Origin: Ilumatobacteraceae bacterium
Lineage (GTDB): Bacteria > Actinomycetota > Acidimicrobiia > Acidimicrobiales > Ilumatobacteraceae
Reading direction: 5' to 3'
DNA: 64,000 bases
NCBI GenBank assembly: GCA_017856375.1
Contig: JAFMFC010000001.1
Span: 27,455 to 91,454 of the forward strand
Under the pieces are notes generated by a model, which did not search any database, had not been told where the DNA came from, and was given only the letters and a program-made list of their open reading frames with translations. Every line of letters starts with the position of its first letter. Within the stretch, counting starts at the first letter, position 1. Of the stretch, positions 62,677-64,000 are shown piece after piece. A program made the translations under genes and the position numbers.

Positions 62677-63420
62677 CTACGCACGCAGGTGGATCACATC
62701 ACCCACATCCACCGAGATCGTCTCCCCTGATTCGAGTCGAACGGTGAGTCGCGCCTCGTCGTCGATACCAATTGCAGTTCCCTCGACGATGACACCATTG
62801 GCCAACTCGACCCGAACCCGCCTTCCGATTGTCGCGAGTTGCGACTCGTATAACGCGCGCAATTCAATGTTCGACAACGACTCGAGGCGCTCGACCTCTG
62901 CGAGCATCTCGCGCAATAAGTCGAGTGGCCCAAGTTCAATGTTCGAACCACGAGCTTGATCACCGAGTCGCGCAGCACCATCAGGAGCCCAACCCACGTT
63001 GACGCCGATTCCCACGACGACGAAATCGGTGCCACCTTGGGCCAGAATTCCTGCCACTTTGCGGTCGCCGATCAAGAGGTCGTTAGGCCACTTCAAATCA
63101 GGACGAACTCCGAACAAGTTATTGCTTGCGTTGCGAGCAGCAAGACCAACAATGTGGGTGAAGTGGTGCAACGGTCGAAACAACGACGGCTTGAACAGGA
63201 TCGAAACCAAGAGATTTGCCCCAGGCGGTGCCTCCCACTTTCGATCCAGTCGCCCACGACCTGCGGTCTGATGATCGGCGACGATTACCGAATGATGCAC
63301 CGCACCCGCCCGGGCAAGTTCGACGAGATCCGCGTTCGTGCTGCCCGTTTCCTGGACATGGCGCACGTGCCAACCCGTCGGCCAATGCTCTGTTGACGGG
63401 TTGGCGTCAGGTACGGCCAT
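62677..63420 (-). CDS. birA: biotin--[acetyl-CoA-carboxylase] ligase (class I, no HTH domain)
   Basis: ORF 62677..63552; the likely start is MAVPDANPS (ATG 63420). QTAGRGRLDRKW and KWPNDLL motifs present. Confidence 0.88.
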   Translation of the reverse strand: MAVPDANPSTEHWPTGWHVRHVQETGSTNADLVELARAGAVHHSVIVADHQTAGRGRLDRKWEAPPGANLLVSILFKPSLFRPLHHFTHIVGLAARNASNNLFGVRPDLKWPNDLLIGDRKVAGILAQGGTDFVVVGIGVNVGWAPDGAARLGDQARGSNIELGPLDLLREMLAEVERLESLSNIELRALYESQLATIGRRVRVELANGVIVEGTAIGIDDEARLTVRLESGETISVDVGDVIHLRA

Positions 63421-63439
63421 TGGAGCAAGATAGTCACCC

Positions 63440-64000
63440 GTGCTGAAAAAGATCCTGATCGCCAATCGTGGCGAAATTGCCGTTCGTGTTATCCGGACGG
63501 CTCGCGAGATGGGTATCGCGACGGTCGCCGTGTATTCGGAACTCGACCGCAATGCCCTTCATGTGCGTTTGGCCGATGAGGCCTACGCGCTCGGCGGGCA
63601 AACCGCCGCGGAGAGCTACCTGAACACCGCCGCGATTGTGGATGCAATCAAGCGCAGTGGGGCCGACGGCGTGCACCCGGGGTACGGATTCTTCAGCGAG
63701 AATGCCGACTTCGCCCGCACCATCACCGAGATGGGAGTTGCCTTCATCGGTCCACCGCCCGAAGCGATCGTGGAAATGGGCGACAAGGTCTCCTCGCGCA
63801 AGGCTGCACTGCGCGGAGGCGCCCCGATCGTTCCCGGAACGACTGAGTTCGTCACCAGCGCCAAGGAAATCATCGACTTCGGCAACGACCATGGCTGGCC
63901 TGTCGCGATCAAGGCCGCCTTCGGTGGCGGAGGTCGCGGAATGAAGGTGGTGCAATCGGCGGACGCCGTGCAGGAAGCAATGGATTCAGCTCAGCGAGAG
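63440..64000 (+). CDS. acetyl/propionyl-CoA carboxylase alpha chain, biotin carboxylase domain (partial; continues beyond the window)
   Basis: My own translation from GTG 63440 gives VLKKILIANRGEIAVRVIRTAREMGIATVAVYSELDRNALHVRLADEAYALGG...HPGYGFFSEN...IKAAFGGGGRGMKVV. No stop in the window. Confidence 0.92.
   Translation, partial: MLKKILIANRGEIAVRVIRTAREMGIATVAVYSELDRNALHVRLADEAYALGGQTAAESYLNTAAIVDAIKRSGADGVHPGYGFFSENADFARTITEMGVAFIGPPPEAIVEMGDKVSSRKAALRGGAPIVPGTTEFVTSAKEIIDFGNDHGWPVAIKAAFGGGGRGMKVVQSADAVQEAMDSAQRE

Noticed and set aside
63421-63552. A 44-codon N-terminal extension of the BirA ORF (start 63552).
   Set aside because: The extension would run through the start of the biotin carboxylase gene. 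It is Arg/Ser/Ile-rich without an HTH pattern, and the conserved BirA sequence begins after Met at 63420.
1-64000. I scanned for rRNA/tRNA genes, IS elements, integrases, prophage, toxin-antitoxin pairs, retron or DGR reverse transcriptases, and RiPP or NRPS/PKS genes.
   Set aside because: No ORF or intergenic segment showed the corresponding hallmarks. The intergenic gaps are short (mostly <130 nt) and none folds into a cloverleaf-sized unit by eye.

Overview
This is a high-GC, actinobacterial-type chromosomal segment. Supporting markers are an Mca-like mycothiol amidase, NucS, an LCP protein, many LLM/F420-type oxidoreductases, and frequent ATGA/GTGA start-stop overlaps. I saw no rRNA, tRNA, CRISPR array, transposase, integrase or phage genes. 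All calls were made by eye from the translations and remembered family motifs; no BLAST or HMM search was possible.

Positions 1-36974 form a dense catabolic supercluster of about 37 kb with no regulator gene. It holds 6 luciferase-like (LLM) oxidoreductases, 4 AMP-forming acyl-CoA synthetases, 4 SnoaL/NTF2-like proteins (one a tandem fusion) and beta-oxidation enzymes (ACAD, thiolase, MFE-2-type SDR, MaoC hydratase, CoA-transferase). It also holds hydrolases, an aldehyde dehydrogenase, a Liv-type ABC importer and a divergent two-subunit B12-dependent acyl-CoA mutase.

The strongest candidate for something undescribed is the 8-gene translationally coupled operon at 19465-28303: oxidoreductase, amidase, a Zn-site-degenerate M14 deacylase homologue, mutase large and small subunits, CoA ligase, VOC protein and LLM. 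In its mutase the three classical substrate and catalytic positions (Tyr/Arg/His of methylmalonyl-CoA mutase) all appear replaced. A 16-bp pseudo-palindrome (TAGCAnnnGCTTGCTA-like) recurs in five promoter regions of the supercluster, which implies one regulon run by a regulator encoded elsewhere.

Positions 37078-64000 are mostly housekeeping or envelope genes: EttA, a CysQ-like phosphatase, an ABC1 kinase, NucS, FadD, Mca, a PAS-GGDEF-EAL protein, LCP, BirA and biotin carboxylase. Smaller oddities there include a structured ettA leader, a 15-bp-period tandem repeat after nucS, a WS/DGAT-like protein lacking HHxxxDG, and a coupled hydrolase / Cas4-like nuclease / PAP2 trio.
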